Shown: piece after piece, positions 39,301 through 50,379 of the stretch
Layout of the letters: each line of letters begins with the position of its first letter
How positions within the stretch are numbered: position 1 is the first letter of the stretch
DNA from: Sorangium sp.
Lineage (GTDB): Bacteria; Myxococcota_A; Polyangia; Polyangiales; Polyangiaceae
Length of the DNA stretch: 64,000 bases
Assembly: GCA_019695485.1 (NCBI GenBank)
Contig: JAEUAF010000335.1
Coordinates: 2,343-66,342 of the forward strand
Reading direction: 5' to 3'
The notes under the pieces: generated by a model
Databases searched by the model: none
Seen by the model: the letters and a program-made list of their open reading frames with translations, nothing else
What the model was told of the DNA's origin: nothing
Position numbers and translations under genes: made by a program

Positions 39301-39962
39301 CACGCTTGGAAGCGCTCGAGCGGCACACGGAGCTCGGATCGGGCTTTCATATCGCCGCGCTCGATATGGAGCTGCGCGGTGCCGGCGATGTGCTCGGTGC
39401 CGAGCAGAGTGGCTTCGTGGCGAGCGTGGGCTTCGACTTGTTCTGCCACATGCTGGAGGAAGCTACGCACGAGCTGCGCGGCGAAACGCCAATCCACGAG
39501 GTCGATCCGGAGCTCAGCGTCGACGTCGACGCACTCTTGCCCGAGGGTTACGTGGCCGACGTTGGGGTGAGGCTGAGCCTTTACAAGCGCCTTGCCAGCG
39601 CGCTCGACGAAAATGAGGTCACGGAGATCGCTACTGAGCTCAGCGATCGCTTCGGCGAACCACCGCTCGAAGCTCGCTCGTTCATCGAGCTCATGCGCCT
39701 CAAGACCGAGCTCAGACGCCTGCGAGTGCTCGGGTGCGAAGCCAGCGCGCGCAGCGTCACGCTCCACTTGCGCGACGACACGCCGCTCGATCCGCAGAAA
39801 GTCGGAGCACTGGTCGCGCAAAAAAAATCTCCCTATCGTCTCAGTCCGGATGGCCGCCTGACCCGACGCGCTCTCGAAACAGAGGCAGTGTCCGACGGAT
39901 TGGTGCTCGCCGATCGCATGCTGAACGAGCTTGCTCGCTGCCTGCGCGACGCAACGCCCTGA
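36336..39962 (+). CDS. mfd: Transcription-repair coupling factor
   Basis: [59 protein letters not shown] motif DMELRGAG. Confidence 0.97.
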   Translation: MSEPAILDDPAVNLMLPADRRLLGLTTLASEVLANRTLRHVTDAQGAAPTLVAHALALAGAERVLYVAADADAARRASSDLAAFGRGLPILHELARASSADSPPLGLAVSETTAYSDAHPDRRAAMNRAAGLFHMARGLPFRFAVVTAAALVRRVVRPQVLRETGLFVEAEGGFDVGESARILINAGYLRAPVVEDPGTFAVRGGLVDVWPSGAELPVRIELYGDLVVTLRKFDPDDQRTLEEIRSLWIAPAREVSIDAQAETQARLRLRALCDEVDYPSSKARAFIDDIATGHAYFGLEGFLPAFHPLTSLLDYFGPDVPLVVEDPAAVVRVVRDEIERGRAGEIARKGSPHFPFEQLYVDENELNRGLDARAVVCVHRSTVSAPVDPNSIERLEAAPADADALAIRDHADLSRAGKQARAGRGKAASLEPLLKRIRIWQEAGLAITLAARTRTQADRVGALLGHRGITVVALDGTPAVDAVDRRAVIGICVAPLSRGAIAPADGFVLVTEEEIFGQRAHRPPSRQRQTRALLEDLRALAPGDYVVHVDHGIGRYLGLERKDVGGVSVDLIVVEYSGGKLFLPVYRLNQIEKYSAGDSAPRLDRLGGQTFSKTKAKVQQRVRQMADELLRLYAERNAVKKTALPAVDDDYAAFEASFPYDETRDQAAAIADVIRDLSNERVMDRLVCGDVGFGKTEVALRAAFLNANAGRQVALLCPTTVLAQQHFMTFSSRLEDYPITVRVLSRFQSKSEHLETLKGLKEGSVDVVVGTHRLLSKDVHFKNLGLLVVDEEQRFGVVHKERMKQLRAAVDVLTLSATPIPRTLQFAIGGLRDMSIITTPPVDRRAIRTITSQFDPEIVRQAVERELERGGQVFYVYNRVEGIYERAERLQALVPRARIAVGHGKLSEDALERTMFDFVAGEYDVLVATAIIESGLDIPRANTMIVDRADLFGLSQLYQLRGRVGRGNERAYCYLLVPPASQMTEEARSRLEALERHTELGSGFHIAALDMELRGAGDVLGAEQSGFVASVGFDLFCHMLEEATHELRGETPIHEVDPELSVDVDALLPEGYVADVGVRLSLYKRLASALDENEVTEIATELSDRFGEPPLEARSFIELMRLKTELRRLRVLGCEASARSVTLHLRDDTPLDPQKVGALVAQKKSPYRLSPDGRLTRRALETEAVSDGLVLADRMLNELARCLRDATP

Positions 39963-40286
39963 ACAGGTGTAGCCTCTTCGGCCCGTTCGGAAAATCCAGT
40001 GCTCGGGGTTGTACTAGTGCGCCGCGTTCTGGGATGGCGACGGGCGAGATTTGCGTGCGAGGAATCTTCCTTTGATGCTGAATGAGTCAATTTCGTGGCC
40101 TGACTTTCAGCGTGGCCGGACACGTTCTCTACCGCTAAGCTGTAGCGAGCGACTTGAGGCGTGCGTGGTCACGAAGGTAGACGTGTCGAGATTCCAGGGT
40201 AGGCGTAGCGGCGGTTCGACGTCGCCCGGTGATTTCTCGTCGAAGAACGCAGCCACAAACTCGACAAACGGGTTTGAGGAGGACTG

Positions 40287-43200
40287 ATGGAAGCTGGAAC
40301 TCAGCCGGGTCAACCCGAGTGGAATCAGACCCAGCGCTTCGAGCTCTTGGAGCGGGAAGGCCGCTTCACTGAGCTTGCGAATGAGCTAGCCGTTGCGGCG
40401 GGCAAAGTCGAAGGAGCCGAGCGCGCTGCGCTCTTGGCTCGGTTGGGCGAAGTTCGCCTGCGGCTCGACGACATTCCGCGCGCGCTCGAGACGTTCGCGC
40501 AAAGTCTCGAGATCGATCCGGCGCAGCCCACGAGCCGCCGCTGGCTCGAGGTGCTGCTGGCTGAGCCGCAGCACGCATTGGCGGCTGCCGAGCTTCTGGA
40601 GCCGATCTATGTGCGGGAATTCCGCAAGGTGCCGCACGCAGCGGTAATGCTGCTCGCGGCCCTCGAGATTCGCGCTAATCGCGCGCCCGACCAGGACGAG
40701 CGCATCGCGATTTGGGTTCAGTTCGGCGCTGTCTTCGATCAAGCGGCGGTGCCGGCGGACCGCGCGCGTGAGATTGCCGTCCGCTTGTTGGGGCGTATGT
40801 CGCTCGAGTGGCCCGGGGGTGTGGGCAAATGGATCGAACGCGTTGCGCGCCTTTCGCCAGAGGCAGGGCCGCGGCTCGAAGCGCTACTTGCGGCGCTCAA
40901 CCAACAGCTCACCGATCCAGCAGCCATTGCCGAGCTGTCGCTAGCGGCTGCGCATGCTTTGGAGCAGCTCGGGCGCCCAGCGGAGGCGCGCCCGTTCTAC
41001 GAGCGCGCGTTGCTCGCGGACCCGTCGTCCCCGGAGGTGGTTGCGAGTATCGATCTTTTGGCTGAAAAAGCCGGTGAAAGCCCGCAACAGCGGGTCGAGC
41101 GGTACCAGGCAGCCCTCGCCCGCGTCGACGACACCGAGCGCGCCGCTGCGCTGCGTTTGGGGCTCGGCTTGCTCGAGCAGCACGGACTCGGCGACGCGGA
41201 ACGAGCTGCGGCCACGCTGCGCGACGCCGTCGCGGCTGCACCCGACTTGTTTCCGGCGCACCAGGCCCTGGTGGCCGCTCTGCAAGCGGTGGGCGACGAC
41301 GCAGGGCTCGAGCGCGAACTGTCGCGTGGCCTCACCACCTTCGAAGGCATCGATCGGCGCGCCACCTTGGAACGCTTGGCGCGCGTGCAACTCGGTCTTG
41401 GTCGGCCGCAGGATGCGCTGGCTCTGACCGCGTCGCTGCTGGACGAGCCGGAAGTCGATGACGCCACGCTCGATTTGCTCGAGCGAGTCGGGGAAGACGC
41501 CGTCGATCTGCCCACGCTGCGCAAGGTGCATGAGCACCGCGTGCAACGCGCGCCCGAAGGGTTCGCGCGAGCGCGCGCCCTCGAGGCATTCGGCGAATTC
41601 CTGCTGGATCGCTTGAATGACCCGGTAGCGGCGGCTGCGACGTGGAAGAGCGCGGCCGAGCTACTCGCTGAGACCTCGGATGACACGGCCGAGCCCGAGC
41701 GGCTCTACGAGCGCGTGGTCGAGGCCACGCCGAACGACGTGCAAGCGGGGCGTCGCTTGCTCGAGCTGTGTGCGCAAGCGGCCGATTGGACGAAGGTTCC
41801 GTCGGCGTGCCGGGCGTTCCTCGCGGCGAGTCAGGATGCCCTCTCCGCTGTGCCCGTGGTGCTCGCCCTCGAAGGCCGCGCTGCGCAGACGGGCGGGGTC
41901 GACGAGTTTGCGAGCATGGTCGACGACGTCGTGTCCCGGCTCGAGGACGACCGTGAGGCAGAGACGCGCGCGCTCGTCGTCGCCAAAGCGCGTGTGATGG
42001 CGGTCTCCGGTCGCTTCGACGAGGCGGCGCGAGTGTACGAGGCGCTGATCGAATCGTTCGCCGACGAGCCGGACGTCCGTGCCTACGTTGGCTTGCTCGA
42101 GAGCAGTCCGGACGCCGAGTGGCGTCATAAGAAGCGCTCTTGGTTGTTCGAGTGGCGGGCCGAGCGCGCCGAAGATCCGGTGGCGGTGCTCACGCACTGG
42201 GCTGCCGTGGAAGAGCAGGAGTTCAGCGATGTTCCGGCTGCGATTGGGCTGCTGGAGCGCGCGGCGAAGAGTGACGCCAAGCGCAGCGAGGTGTGGAGCG
42301 AGCTCGCTCGCCTGCGCTTAGGTAGTGGAGACGTTGCGGGGGGATTCGCCGCGCTCAGTAAGCTACGCGAACTCGGCAGCAACGGTGACGCTTTCGGTGT
42401 CGAGCGCAGCATGGCCGAACTGCTCGTCGAGCGCCTCGATCAGCCCGTGGAGGCGCTGCCGCTCGTCGAGTCCGCGCTGGCGGCGCACCCGGCAGATGCG
42501 AAGTCGCGCGAGCTTGCCTTGGCGCTGTGCCGCGTTCCGGCGACGCGCGTGGCGGCGGCCGATCTGCTGTCGCGCGAAAGCCTCGCGCACGACGACCCCA
42601 CCGTTCAACGGGAGCTCTTGCTCGTGCTGCTCGAGCTCACGGAGGAAGCGACGCGCAACGAACCGTCGCGCGAGCTCTCGTACCTGCGCAGGGGCTGGTA
42701 CGAGCGGCTCGTCCCGCTCTCCGGCGGGGCAGGTGCGCTTGCAGTCTTCGAGCGCGCGGCCGCTGAATTTCCGACCGAAGAGGCGATTTGGCAGGCAGTA
42801 GAGGCGGGCGCCGTACGTGCCAAGAAGCCCGACGCCGCACTCCGCGCTTACGAGAACGCCATCACCCGCGCCGAAGATCCGGCCCTCGCCGAATCATTGG
42901 GTCGCAAGTTGGTGGCCTTCGCCGAGGAGCACGTGGGCGACCCGGGCGCCTTGACCGCGCCGCTCGAGCGTCTGCTGCGCGTGGCGCCGAGCGCGCGTTG
43001 GGCCTTCGAGCGCGTCAAGCTCGGGCTCACCCGCGAGCAGCGTTGGGATGTGCTTTTCCCACTCTACGAGCGCGTGATCGATGCGACGAAGGACGAACTC
43101 GAGCGTGCGGGTCTATTGGACGAAGCTGCCATTGCGGCGCGCGATCTGGCGAGTGATCCCGATCGAGCGATTAGCTATTGGGAGAGCTATTTCGCGCTGC

Positions 43201-46200
43201 GCTCCGAAGACGCGCGCGTGGATTTGGCGCTCGAACGACTCTACGAGCGGCAACACCACGTCGAGCGATTGATTCAACACCTGACGCGCCGTGAGGCGAC
43301 GCTCGAGGGTGAGGACTTGGTGCGTTCGCACGAACGCATCGCCACGCTCTGGTTGGATATCAACGAAGGGCGCTCGGCGCTCGCCGTGATCGAGAGTCTG
43401 CCCAAGTCTGCGGCTGGTAACGAATCGACGCTTGCCTTGTTGGAGCGGACTTTCAGGCTCGATCTGCCCGCCGACCAAGACGCACGGGAAGTGCAGGTCA
43501 AAGTCGCCAAACGCGCCGCCAAGCTACTCAAGCAGCGCTACACCGCTGCGGCGCGACCGAGTGACGTGGCCAAGGTGGTCGTAGTCGAGCTCGAAAATTC
43601 TGCGGACCAGAAGGAGCGCATCAAGCTGCTCGGCACGCTCGCCGAACTGCGGGCGGAGCTGAACGATCCGGCGGGCGAGTTCGACAGTCTGGGTGAGCTG
43701 ATGTTGCTCGAGCCGGCAGACGAAGCCAGGCGCGGTCGGCTCGGAGAATTGGCTCGCGCGCTCGGTAATCGCGCGCGACTCGCGGAGCTTACCGTGCTTT
43801 CGGCGGAGCGAGTTTCGGGTCAGCCGCTGTTCGCCGAGTTGCTGAGCGACGCCGCGACCATTCAGCTCGACTTGGGCGAGCGGGAGCGCGCCATCGAGCT
43901 CTTGGCCCGAGTGCTGGACGAGGCCGAGGAAGCCCCCGCGCGCCTCACGGCGGCGAAGCGGCTCGAGCGACTGCTGCTCGAGGCGGGCCGCTCGGGGGAA
44001 CGCTGCGGCGTGCTGGAGCGCGCGGCGGACCTGACTGAGGACGCCGCGGAACGCCGCGCATTCCTGCTGGAAGCGGCGCGCGTGGCGCTCGACGAGCTCT
44101 CTGATCCGACGCGGTCGGCCGCGGCCTATCGCTTGCTCATCGAACGGGAGCCGACCGATCGCACGCTGCTCGACGGTCTATTGAAGGCGCTGCGCGCGGG
44201 CGAGCGCTGGGCGGACGTGATCGCGGCCCTCGATCGGCGCTCGGAGCTAGAGCCCGAGGCGACGCGGGCTCGGCGTGATTTCGGTGAGGCAGCGCGACTC
44301 CGCGCCGATAAGCTCGCTGATCTGAGCGGAGCCGTGGACGCCTGGAAGGCGGTGCGCGCGCGCTTCGGTCGCGATCAAGAGAATTTCGAGCTCCTGTCGC
44401 AGCACTACCAGACCCTCGGACGGTTCTTGGAGCTCGCGGCGTTGTTGGCCGAGGAAGCACAGGCCTCGCCGGCTCCCGCGCCGCTCTACGCGCGGCTCGC
44501 CGAGGTGCACCGCCGCCACACTGGGGATTTGCCGGCGGCGCTCGCGGCGTACATGCGGGCAGCGGACTTGGTGAGCGCGGCGGAGCTGTTCTGCGCGCAC
44601 GCAGAGCTCGTGCCCGACGATCCGGCGCTCGCCCTCGAACTCGGCGAGCGCTTGCAGGCAGGCCGCGCCGTGGACGTCGCCGAACGCGTGCTGCGTCGTC
44701 AAATCGAGCACTACGGGCCGCGACGCCCGAAGGAGGGCGTCCGGGTGCATCTCGCCCTGGCCGCGCTGCTCGAGGCGAGCGCGCGGGCGCCAATGGCGTC
44801 GGAGGAGCTGCTGCAGGCAGCCCAGCGCTACCCGGAGAGTGGGCGAATTCTGAGCGCCTTGGGCGCCCTCGCCTTCGAACTCGGCGATTTGGATCGCGCG
44901 GAGCAGAGTTACCGATCGCTATTGATGGTGCTCGGGCGGGCGCGCGACGAGGGCGAGTCGACGTTGAGTCGCGCCGAGGTCTACTTGTATCTCGGCGACG
45001 TTGCTGCGCGTCGCGGCGAGGCCGAACGGGCACGCGATCACGTGGCCTCGGCGTTCGAGGCCGCGCTCGGCAGCGAAGAAGACGCGCTGGCGCTCGAAGC
45101 AGCGTTGCGGCGACTCGGCCGCTCGGATTTGCTCGAACAAGCAGTCACCGCGCGGCTCGAACGCGCACGCGACCCCGGTAAAGTCGCGGCCGCGCTGCGC
45201 GACTTGCTCGATGTGAACTCGGCGTTCGGTGTCGTCGAGTCTTCGCTCGCAGAACGAGCACTGCGCCTCGCAGAGCGCGCAGCCCGCGATCTGGAGAGCG
45301 CGGGGGGTGCGCAGACGGCGTCCTGGCAGGCGCTGCTCGACGTCTTCGAGAAGCTCGGCGAGAAGGAGCGTGTCCTCGGCGTGCTCGAAGCGCTGGCCGC
45401 GCGGACTGCCTCCGATGACGAACGCAACGAGTACGACCTGCTCATCGCGCGCCGCTTGCTCGACATGCCCGCGCGGCGCGAGGACGCGATCGAGCGGCTA
45501 TGGGCGCTGCTCCGGCGCGATCCTGCGCAGACCGAGCCGTTCGAGCTTTTGTCGGGGCTGGTCCGCGAAGGCGCTGGTCTCGCGGAGCTCGTCGAGCTCA
45601 CCCAGAAGCAGCTTGCTGCCGCCGAGGCGGCGAAAGACGAGGAGCGGCTCGAGGTACTCGCGGCTCGTCTCGGCGCAACCTTCGAGCGAACTGGGCATCT
45701 GCGCGAAGCCGTTGCCGCCTATACGCGCCTGGCCAAGAACCCGGCCAAGCGCGGGGATGTGCTCGAAAAGATCGTGCGTCTCCACGAACAGCTCGGTACC
45801 AGCGGCAAAGAGCTTTCGGACGCGCTCGAGGCGCTGTTGTCCGTCGAGACTAGCGGTGAACGCGCCGCCGAGCTCTGCCTTCGCCTTTCCGAGCTGCGCC
45901 GGCGCGAGGGCGACGAAGAGGGGCTCGAGCGCGCGCTGGCGCAAGGTTTCGCGCTTTCGCCGGCGAATGCCCAGATCGCGAACGCCCTCGTCGAGCAGCT
46001 GATGTCGCGTGGCGCGTTTCAGCGTGGCGTCGAAGTCTTGGAGCGAGCCATCGAGCACGCCCCGTCCGATCCGACGCTCCGGCTTCGGCTTGCCGAGGCG
46101 CAACACCAAGCGGGTGACTCGGAACGCGCGCTGTTGTCCCTCGACGCGGCGCTAGCCGCTCGCGCGCCCGAGAGCAAAGTGCGCCGTGAGAGAGCGCGCA

Positions 46201-47339
46201 TTCTCGAAAGTCTGGGTCGCGCCGACGACGCGCTTGGTGAGCTCGACGCCGCGCTGGTTGCGGAAGGCGGCAGCAGTGCGGAACTTCTCGAGGCCATCGA
46301 GCGCACGCGTGTGTTCGAGAGCGCGGAGCGCTGGGCGCTACGTGCCGCGGATCTGTGCAGCGACAGCGCCGAGCGCCAGCGCGCGCGGGCCTTTTTGGCG
46401 CCCTGGGTCGAGCGACACGCGGACAGCGTGCCGGTCCTTTCGCGCATTGCGAAGCTGGCTGCCGCCGATCGCGATTTCGACGCCGCGATCGACGCTTATC
46501 GCAAGCTTTGCCGCATCGAGCAGGGACCCGCGCGCCGCACGGCAGTGCTTTCGTTTGCACGCATCGCGGAGAGCGCAGGTCGGCCCGAGCTCGCCGTCTC
46601 CGAGGTGGAGAGCGCAATTTCAGAAGGGCTCGACTCGGTCGAACTGCGTCGCGAACTCGGCAAGCTCTACGCGCGTACGGGCGATCGCCTGAAGCAAGGG
46701 CGCATGCTGCTCGACGAGGCGCGTGCCAGCAAGGGTGCCGCGCAGCTCGACCTGTTCGCCAAGGCGGCGGATCTGCTGGCGCAGGAGCACGCCACGGACG
46801 AGGCGCTGGCGGCGCTCGTCGAGCTCCGAAAATTGGATCCGGAGCGCGTCGAAGCGCTCGTGCTCACGGCCAACGTGTTGGTGGCCGCCGGGCGTGCGGA
46901 TGAAGCCCGCGCTGGACTCAGCGAGTTCCTGTCCGCTACCGAAAAGAAGCACACGAAGGCGTATGCGAAGCTCTATCAGCGGCTCGCGGAACTCGCGCTC
47001 GCCGCTGACGATTGGTCGGACGCGCTCGACCCTCTGATGCGCGCCCACCAGCTCGACAAGGGTGATGCCGACATCGCCTTCACTTTGGGCATGCTCGCCG
47101 TCGATCTCGAACACACCGATACGGCGCTCGCCGCGCTGCGCGTGTTCGCGACCACCAAGGACAAGGCGACAGACATGCCCACGCGCCGTCAGCTGTCGCG
47201 CGCGTGCCTCCAGCTCGGCGAGCTCGAGCTCGCCAAGGGGCAACGCACGGTGGCGCGGCGTATGGCGACGCGCGCTACCGAAACCGATCCGCAAAACAAG
47301 GACGCGCAGCGCTTCTTGGCCGAACTCGGCGCGCGCTGA
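40287..47339 (+). CDS. Giant TPR/alpha-solenoid protein (2350 aa; AgmK/GltI-like architecture)
   Basis: Continuous TPR-like repeats (A...LEIDP, YERALLADP); no signal peptide or TM. Confidence 0.82.
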   Translation: MEAGTQPGQPEWNQTQRFELLEREGRFTELANELAVAAGKVEGAERAALLARLGEVRLRLDDIPRALETFAQSLEIDPAQPTSRRWLEVLLAEPQHALAAAELLEPIYVREFRKVPHAAVMLLAALEIRANRAPDQDERIAIWVQFGAVFDQAAVPADRAREIAVRLLGRMSLEWPGGVGKWIERVARLSPEAGPRLEALLAALNQQLTDPAAIAELSLAAAHALEQLGRPAEARPFYERALLADPSSPEVVASIDLLAEKAGESPQQRVERYQAALARVDDTERAAALRLGLGLLEQHGLGDAERAAATLRDAVAAAPDLFPAHQALVAALQAVGDDAGLERELSRGLTTFEGIDRRATLERLARVQLGLGRPQDALALTASLLDEPEVDDATLDLLERVGEDAVDLPTLRKVHEHRVQRAPEGFARARALEAFGEFLLDRLNDPVAAAATWKSAAELLAETSDDTAEPERLYERVVEATPNDVQAGRRLLELCAQAADWTKVPSACRAFLAASQDALSAVPVVLALEGRAAQTGGVDEFASMVDDVVSRLEDDREAETRALVVAKARVMAVSGRFDEAARVYEALIESFADEPDVRAYVGLLESSPDAEWRHKKRSWLFEWRAERAEDPVAVLTHWAAVEEQEFSDVPAAIGLLERAAKSDAKRSEVWSELARLRLGSGDVAGGFAALSKLRELGSNGDAFGVERSMAELLVERLDQPVEALPLVESALAAHPADAKSRELALALCRVPATRVAAADLLSRESLAHDDPTVQRELLLVLLELTEEATRNEPSRELSYLRRGWYERLVPLSGGAGALAVFERAAAEFPTEEAIWQAVEAGAVRAKKPDAALRAYENAITRAEDPALAESLGRKLVAFAEEHVGDPGALTAPLERLLRVAPSARWAFERVKLGLTREQRWDVLFPLYERVIDATKDELERAGLLDEAAIAARDLASDPDRAISYWESYFALRSEDARVDLALERLYERQHHVERLIQHLTRREATLEGEDLVRSHERIATLWLDINEGRSALAVIESLPKSAAGNESTLALLERTFRLDLPADQDAREVQVKVAKRAAKLLKQRYTAAARPSDVAKVVVVELENSADQKERIKLLGTLAELRAELNDPAGEFDSLGELMLLEPADEARRGRLGELARALGNRARLAELTVLSAERVSGQPLFAELLSDAATIQLDLGERERAIELLARVLDEAEEAPARLTAAKRLERLLLEAGRSGERCGVLERAADLTEDAAERRAFLLEAARVALDELSDPTRSAAAYRLLIEREPTDRTLLDGLLKALRAGERWADVIAALDRRSELEPEATRARRDFGEAARLRADKLADLSGAVDAWKAVRARFGRDQENFELLSQHYQTLGRFLELAALLAEEAQASPAPAPLYARLAEVHRRHTGDLPAALAAYMRAADLVSAAELFCAHAELVPDDPALALELGERLQAGRAVDVAERVLRRQIEHYGPRRPKEGVRVHLALAALLEASARAPMASEELLQAAQRYPESGRILSALGALAFELGDLDRAEQSYRSLLMVLGRARDEGESTLSRAEVYLYLGDVAARRGEAERARDHVASAFEAALGSEEDALALEAALRRLGRSDLLEQAVTARLERARDPGKVAAALRDLLDVNSAFGVVESSLAERALRLAERAARDLESAGGAQTASWQALLDVFEKLGEKERVLGVLEALAARTASDDERNEYDLLIARRLLDMPARREDAIERLWALLRRDPAQTEPFELLSGLVREGAGLAELVELTQKQLAAAEAAKDEERLEVLAARLGATFERTGHLREAVAAYTRLAKNPAKRGDVLEKIVRLHEQLGTSGKELSDALEALLSVETSGERAAELCLRLSELRRREGDEEGLERALAQGFALSPANAQIANALVEQLMSRGAFQRGVEVLERAIEHAPSDPTLRLRLAEAQHQAGDSERALLSLDAALAARAPESKVRRERARILESLGRADDALGELDAALVAEGGSSAELLEAIERTRVFESAERWALRAADLCSDSAERQRARAFLAPWVERHADSVPVLSRIAKLAAADRDFDAAIDAYRKLCRIEQGPARRTAVLSFARIAESAGRPELAVSEVESAISEGLDSVELRRELGKLYARTGDRLKQGRMLLDEARASKGAAQLDLFAKAADLLAQEHATDEALAALVELRKLDPERVEALVLTANVLVAAGRADEARAGLSEFLSATEKKHTKAYAKLYQRLAELALAADDWSDALDPLMRAHQLDKGDADIAFTLGMLAVDLEHTDTALAALRVFATTKDKATDMPTRRQLSRACLQLGELELAKGQRTVARRMATRATETDPQNKDAQRFLAELGAR

Positions 47340-47382
47340 AAGTCCCGAATTTTCCGCAGGATAACAACGAGGTCAAGCCCAG

Positions 47383-48315
47383 ATGTCTGATTCTACCGAG
47401 GCCAACATTCCGGTTCCCAAGCCCGAGCCGAACGACTCTGCCGAGGTCACTCGCTGCCTCGAAGCTGCCCGCGACATGTGGGAGCTTGGTCAGATGCCAG
47501 AGGCCGTGCGCTGGGTGCAACGTGGCGCGGAAGCGGCAGAAGAGGCTGGCAACGATATGCGCGCGCTGGCCTTGGCGCGACTCGGCGCGGACTTGTCCGC
47601 CCAGGCACGCGCAGCGGCGTCGGCAGCGCCCAGCGCTGTGGCGCCAAGCCCCGCGGCGAAACCGAGTGTGCCCTCGCCGCCCGTGCCGCGCGTCTCGCAA
47701 CCGCCGCCATTGCCCGCCACCGAGAAGCCCGCGACCGACGCAGCCTCGACGAGCGCCGAAGCTGCGCCGTCCGCGCCCAGCGCCAGCGGCGGCCCGACGC
47801 GCACCTTACCCACGGCACCCTCGCGCCCCCCGACGTCGTTCGCTCCGGCCGCCCCTTCTGCATCGAGCTCGTCTTCGAGCGCGGAGCGGCCCTCGATTCG
47901 GCCGTCCGCTCCTTCGGCACCTCGCGCGCCGTCGAAGTCGGCCGCGCCCTCGGCTCCCGCCGCACCGCAGGCCCCTTCAACCCCGAGCGTTTCGAGCTCC
48001 GTCGCGTCATCGAGCGTGTCGACTTCCAGCGTCTCGAGCTCGAGCTCTGCCGTGGGGTCTTCAGCGACGACGAGTGCGTCGGGGACCTTGGCGGCCGTTG
48101 CGTCAGTTGCCGCCCCTTCGGCCGCGACGCCCGGCGTAGCCTTGGCGTCAGCCGGCTCCATCGCGGAGTTGCTGGCCAAGGGTAAGGCCGAGCGCGTCAC
48201 GGTGAAGCGCTCCGCGCTGGACGCTGGCGTCCTCGTGGTCCGCCCTGCCGGCGGCAAGCCGGCGCATGGGGCGCGGCACGCCGTGCTGGTCTACGTGGAA
48301 GCGGACGACGCTTAG
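47383..48315 (+). CDS. Hypothetical protein: helical N-domain, Ser/Pro/Ala linker, small beta C-domain
   Basis: GAGG RBS before ATG; co-oriented after the TPR gene. Confidence 0.7.
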   Translation: MSDSTEANIPVPKPEPNDSAEVTRCLEAARDMWELGQMPEAVRWVQRGAEAAEEAGNDMRALALARLGADLSAQARAAASAAPSAVAPSPAAKPSVPSPPVPRVSQPPPLPATEKPATDAASTSAEAAPSAPSASGGPTRTLPTAPSRPPTSFAPAAPSASSSSSSAERPSIRPSAPSAPRAPSKSAAPSAPAAPQAPSTPSVSSSVASSSVSTSSVSSSSSAVGSSATTSASGTLAAVASVAAPSAATPGVALASAGSIAELLAKGKAERVTVKRSALDAGVLVVRPAGGKPAHGARHAVLVYVEADDA

Positions 48316-48326
48316 AGTCGCCGCCG

Positions 48327-49130
48327 CTAGCTACGTCCAAGGCCGCGCATTGCGAGCCGCGCGGCGCGCGATACCAGCGCGCGCGGCAAGAATTTGACCG
48401 CCGTGGTCTGTACCGAATTCAACGCGCCAGGCACGACGAGCGTGCGCCCGTCTTCGTAAGCACCGAGCGCGGTGTCGACGACCTCGGGGGCCTCGAGCCT
48501 GCTGAGCTTCAACAGCCCCGAGGCTGGAATGCCTGCGGCTTGTTGGAAGCCAGTCGGCACGGGTCCGGGACAGAGACCCAACGCGCGAACCCCGGTACCG
48601 CGCAACTCTTCCGCCAGGGCCAGCGTGAAGCTCAGCACGAAGGCTTTGGTTGCGCCGTAGGTCGCCATGAATGGAGTCGGCTGAAAGCCCGCAGTCGAGG
48701 CGACCTGGATGAAGCCGCCCTCGGCGCGTGCGATTAGGCGCGGCAAGAAATGGCGCGTGACCGCCACGATCGCCTCCGCGTTCAAGCGCAGCATGCGGCG
48801 CTCGGTCTCCGCATTGCTGGTCACGAAGGCGCCGGTCGAGCCGAAGCCCGCGTTGTTGATCACGTGCAGCAGCGGCACGCCGAGTCGATCGACATCGGCG
48901 GTGAGTTGGTCCACACCCTCAGGCGTGGCCAAGTCAGCGACCACGACGCGGGTCTCGATGCCGTTCACTTTGGCGAGGTCCGACGCCAAGCGACCAAGCT
49001 TGTCGACGGAGCGCGCGCTGAGGATCAGGTTCGCTCCGCGATGTCCGAGTTGCTTCGCGAATTCGGCGCCAAGGCCCGACGACGCACCCGTGATCAGCAC
49101 CCAGGAGTGCGAAAACGACAGCTTGCTCAT
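48327..49130 (-). CDS. Short-chain dehydrogenase/reductase
   Basis: ITGASSGLG, NNAG, YGATK, CPGPV. Confidence 0.93.
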   Translation of the reverse strand: MSKLSFSHSWVLITGASSGLGAEFAKQLGHRGANLILSARSVDKLGRLASDLAKVNGIETRVVVADLATPEGVDQLTADVDRLGVPLLHVINNAGFGSTGAFVTSNAETERRMLRLNAEAIVAVTRHFLPRLIARAEGGFIQVASTAGFQPTPFMATYGATKAFVLSFTLALAEELRGTGVRALGLCPGPVPTGFQQAAGIPASGLLKLSRLEAPEVVDTALGAYEDGRTLVVPGALNSVQTTAVKFLPRALVSRAARLAMRGLGRS

Positions 49131-50254
49131 GCCGAGCTGCCCGCGCGTTGACCGAGCCAGCGCAACGCATGGTCCGCCAAGACGATGGCCACCATCGCTT
49201 CGCCGATAGGGACGAAACGCGGCAAAAGACAGGGATCGTGACGACCTCGCGTGCGGATGGTGGTGGCCTCGCCTGCGCGCGTGACGCTCTCTTGCTCGCG
49301 AGGCAAGCTGCTGGTGGCTTTGATGGCCGCGCGAAGGATGATCGGCATGCCAGACGAGATCCCGCCCAGCATTCCGCCGTGCCGATTGGTGCGAGTATGG
49401 ATGCTCGCCGCACCGCCCGCGGGTTCGGCGACGAACACGTCATTGGTTTCGCTGCCACGCAGTGTGGCGCAGCCGAAGCCGATGCCGTACTCGACGCCCA
49501 TTACAGCAGGCAAGCTGAAGAGTGCTTTGGCGAGATCGGCCTTCAGTTTGTCGAAGACCGGCTCGCCCAGCCCGGCGGGGATATTGCTGGCCACGATCTC
49601 GCTCACGCCGCCAATCGAGTCCTGATCTTTGCGCATCGCCTCGATGAGTTCGACCATGGCTCGCGCAGCGCCTGGCTCCGGGCAGCGCACGATATTCGGG
49701 CTGCCGTCGGGCAGCCGTTCGACTTGATCGAGCTTGATGCTCGCGGGGTCGTCGATTCTTGCAACCACGCCGCCGACCTGTTTCACGTAGCCGACCACCG
49801 TGCCGCCAAATGCCTGAGCAATGATCTTCTTCGCGACTACGCCAGCGGCCACCCGCGCCACGGTTTCGCGTGCGCTGGAGCGCCCGCCGCCGCGGTAGTC
49901 GCGAAAGCCGTACTTGGCGTCGTAGCCGTGATCGGCGTGTCCTGGCCGGTACTTGTCTCTGATATCCTCGTAGTCGCGGCTCTTCTGATCGGTGTTGCGG
50001 ATCAAGATGGCGAGGCTCGTTCCGGTGGTCTTACCCTCGAACACGCCGGACAAGATCTCGGCTTCGTCCGCTTCCTTGCGCTGGGTCACGATTGCGCTCT
50101 GACCGGGACGTCGCCGTTCGAGATCGACGCGCAAGTCTTCGACCGACAACGAAAGCCCAGCTGGGCAGCCGTCGATGATGACGACGTTGCCTGGACCGTG
50201 GCTTTCTCCAGCGGTGGTGATGCGAAAGGCCTGACCGAAGCTGTTGCCGGACAT
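49127..50254 (-). CDS. aroC: Chorismate synthase
   Basis: GESHG, RRRPGQS, RPGHAD, GGGRSSARET, GGISSG, GRHDPC. Confidence 0.97.
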   Translation of the reverse strand: MSGNSFGQAFRITTAGESHGPGNVVIIDGCPAGLSLSVEDLRVDLERRRPGQSAIVTQRKEADEAEILSGVFEGKTTGTSLAILIRNTDQKSRDYEDIRDKYRPGHADHGYDAKYGFRDYRGGGRSSARETVARVAAGVVAKKIIAQAFGGTVVGYVKQVGGVVARIDDPASIKLDQVERLPDGSPNIVRCPEPGAARAMVELIEAMRKDQDSIGGVSEIVASNIPAGLGEPVFDKLKADLAKALFSLPAVMGVEYGIGFGCATLRGSETNDVFVAEPAGGAASIHTRTNRHGGMLGGISSGMPIILRAAIKATSSLPREQESVTRAGEATTIRTRGRHDPCLLPRFVPIGEAMVAIVLADHALRWLGQRAGSSA

Positions 50255-50379
50255 ACGTGCTTCGCGGTCTTTACCACGTTCGGTGGGGGATGGAGGAGCG
50301 GCTTTGGGCGAATCGCCCGGCAGATTGCAGCCCTCGCCTTTAGTTCCCGCGCGAAGCGTTGCGTGGCAAAGTAGCTTCG

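Noticed and set aside
39963-40286. ~320-nt lower-GC gap between mfd and the TPR gene (and 61986-62195) as an ncRNA
   Set aside because: No convincing extended stems or known motif; most simply promoter regions.
47620-48140. Repetitive TCG/AGC/CCG-rich tract as a DNA repeat array
   Set aside because: It encodes a low-complexity Ser/Pro/Ala linker; there is no fixed repeat unit or spacers.
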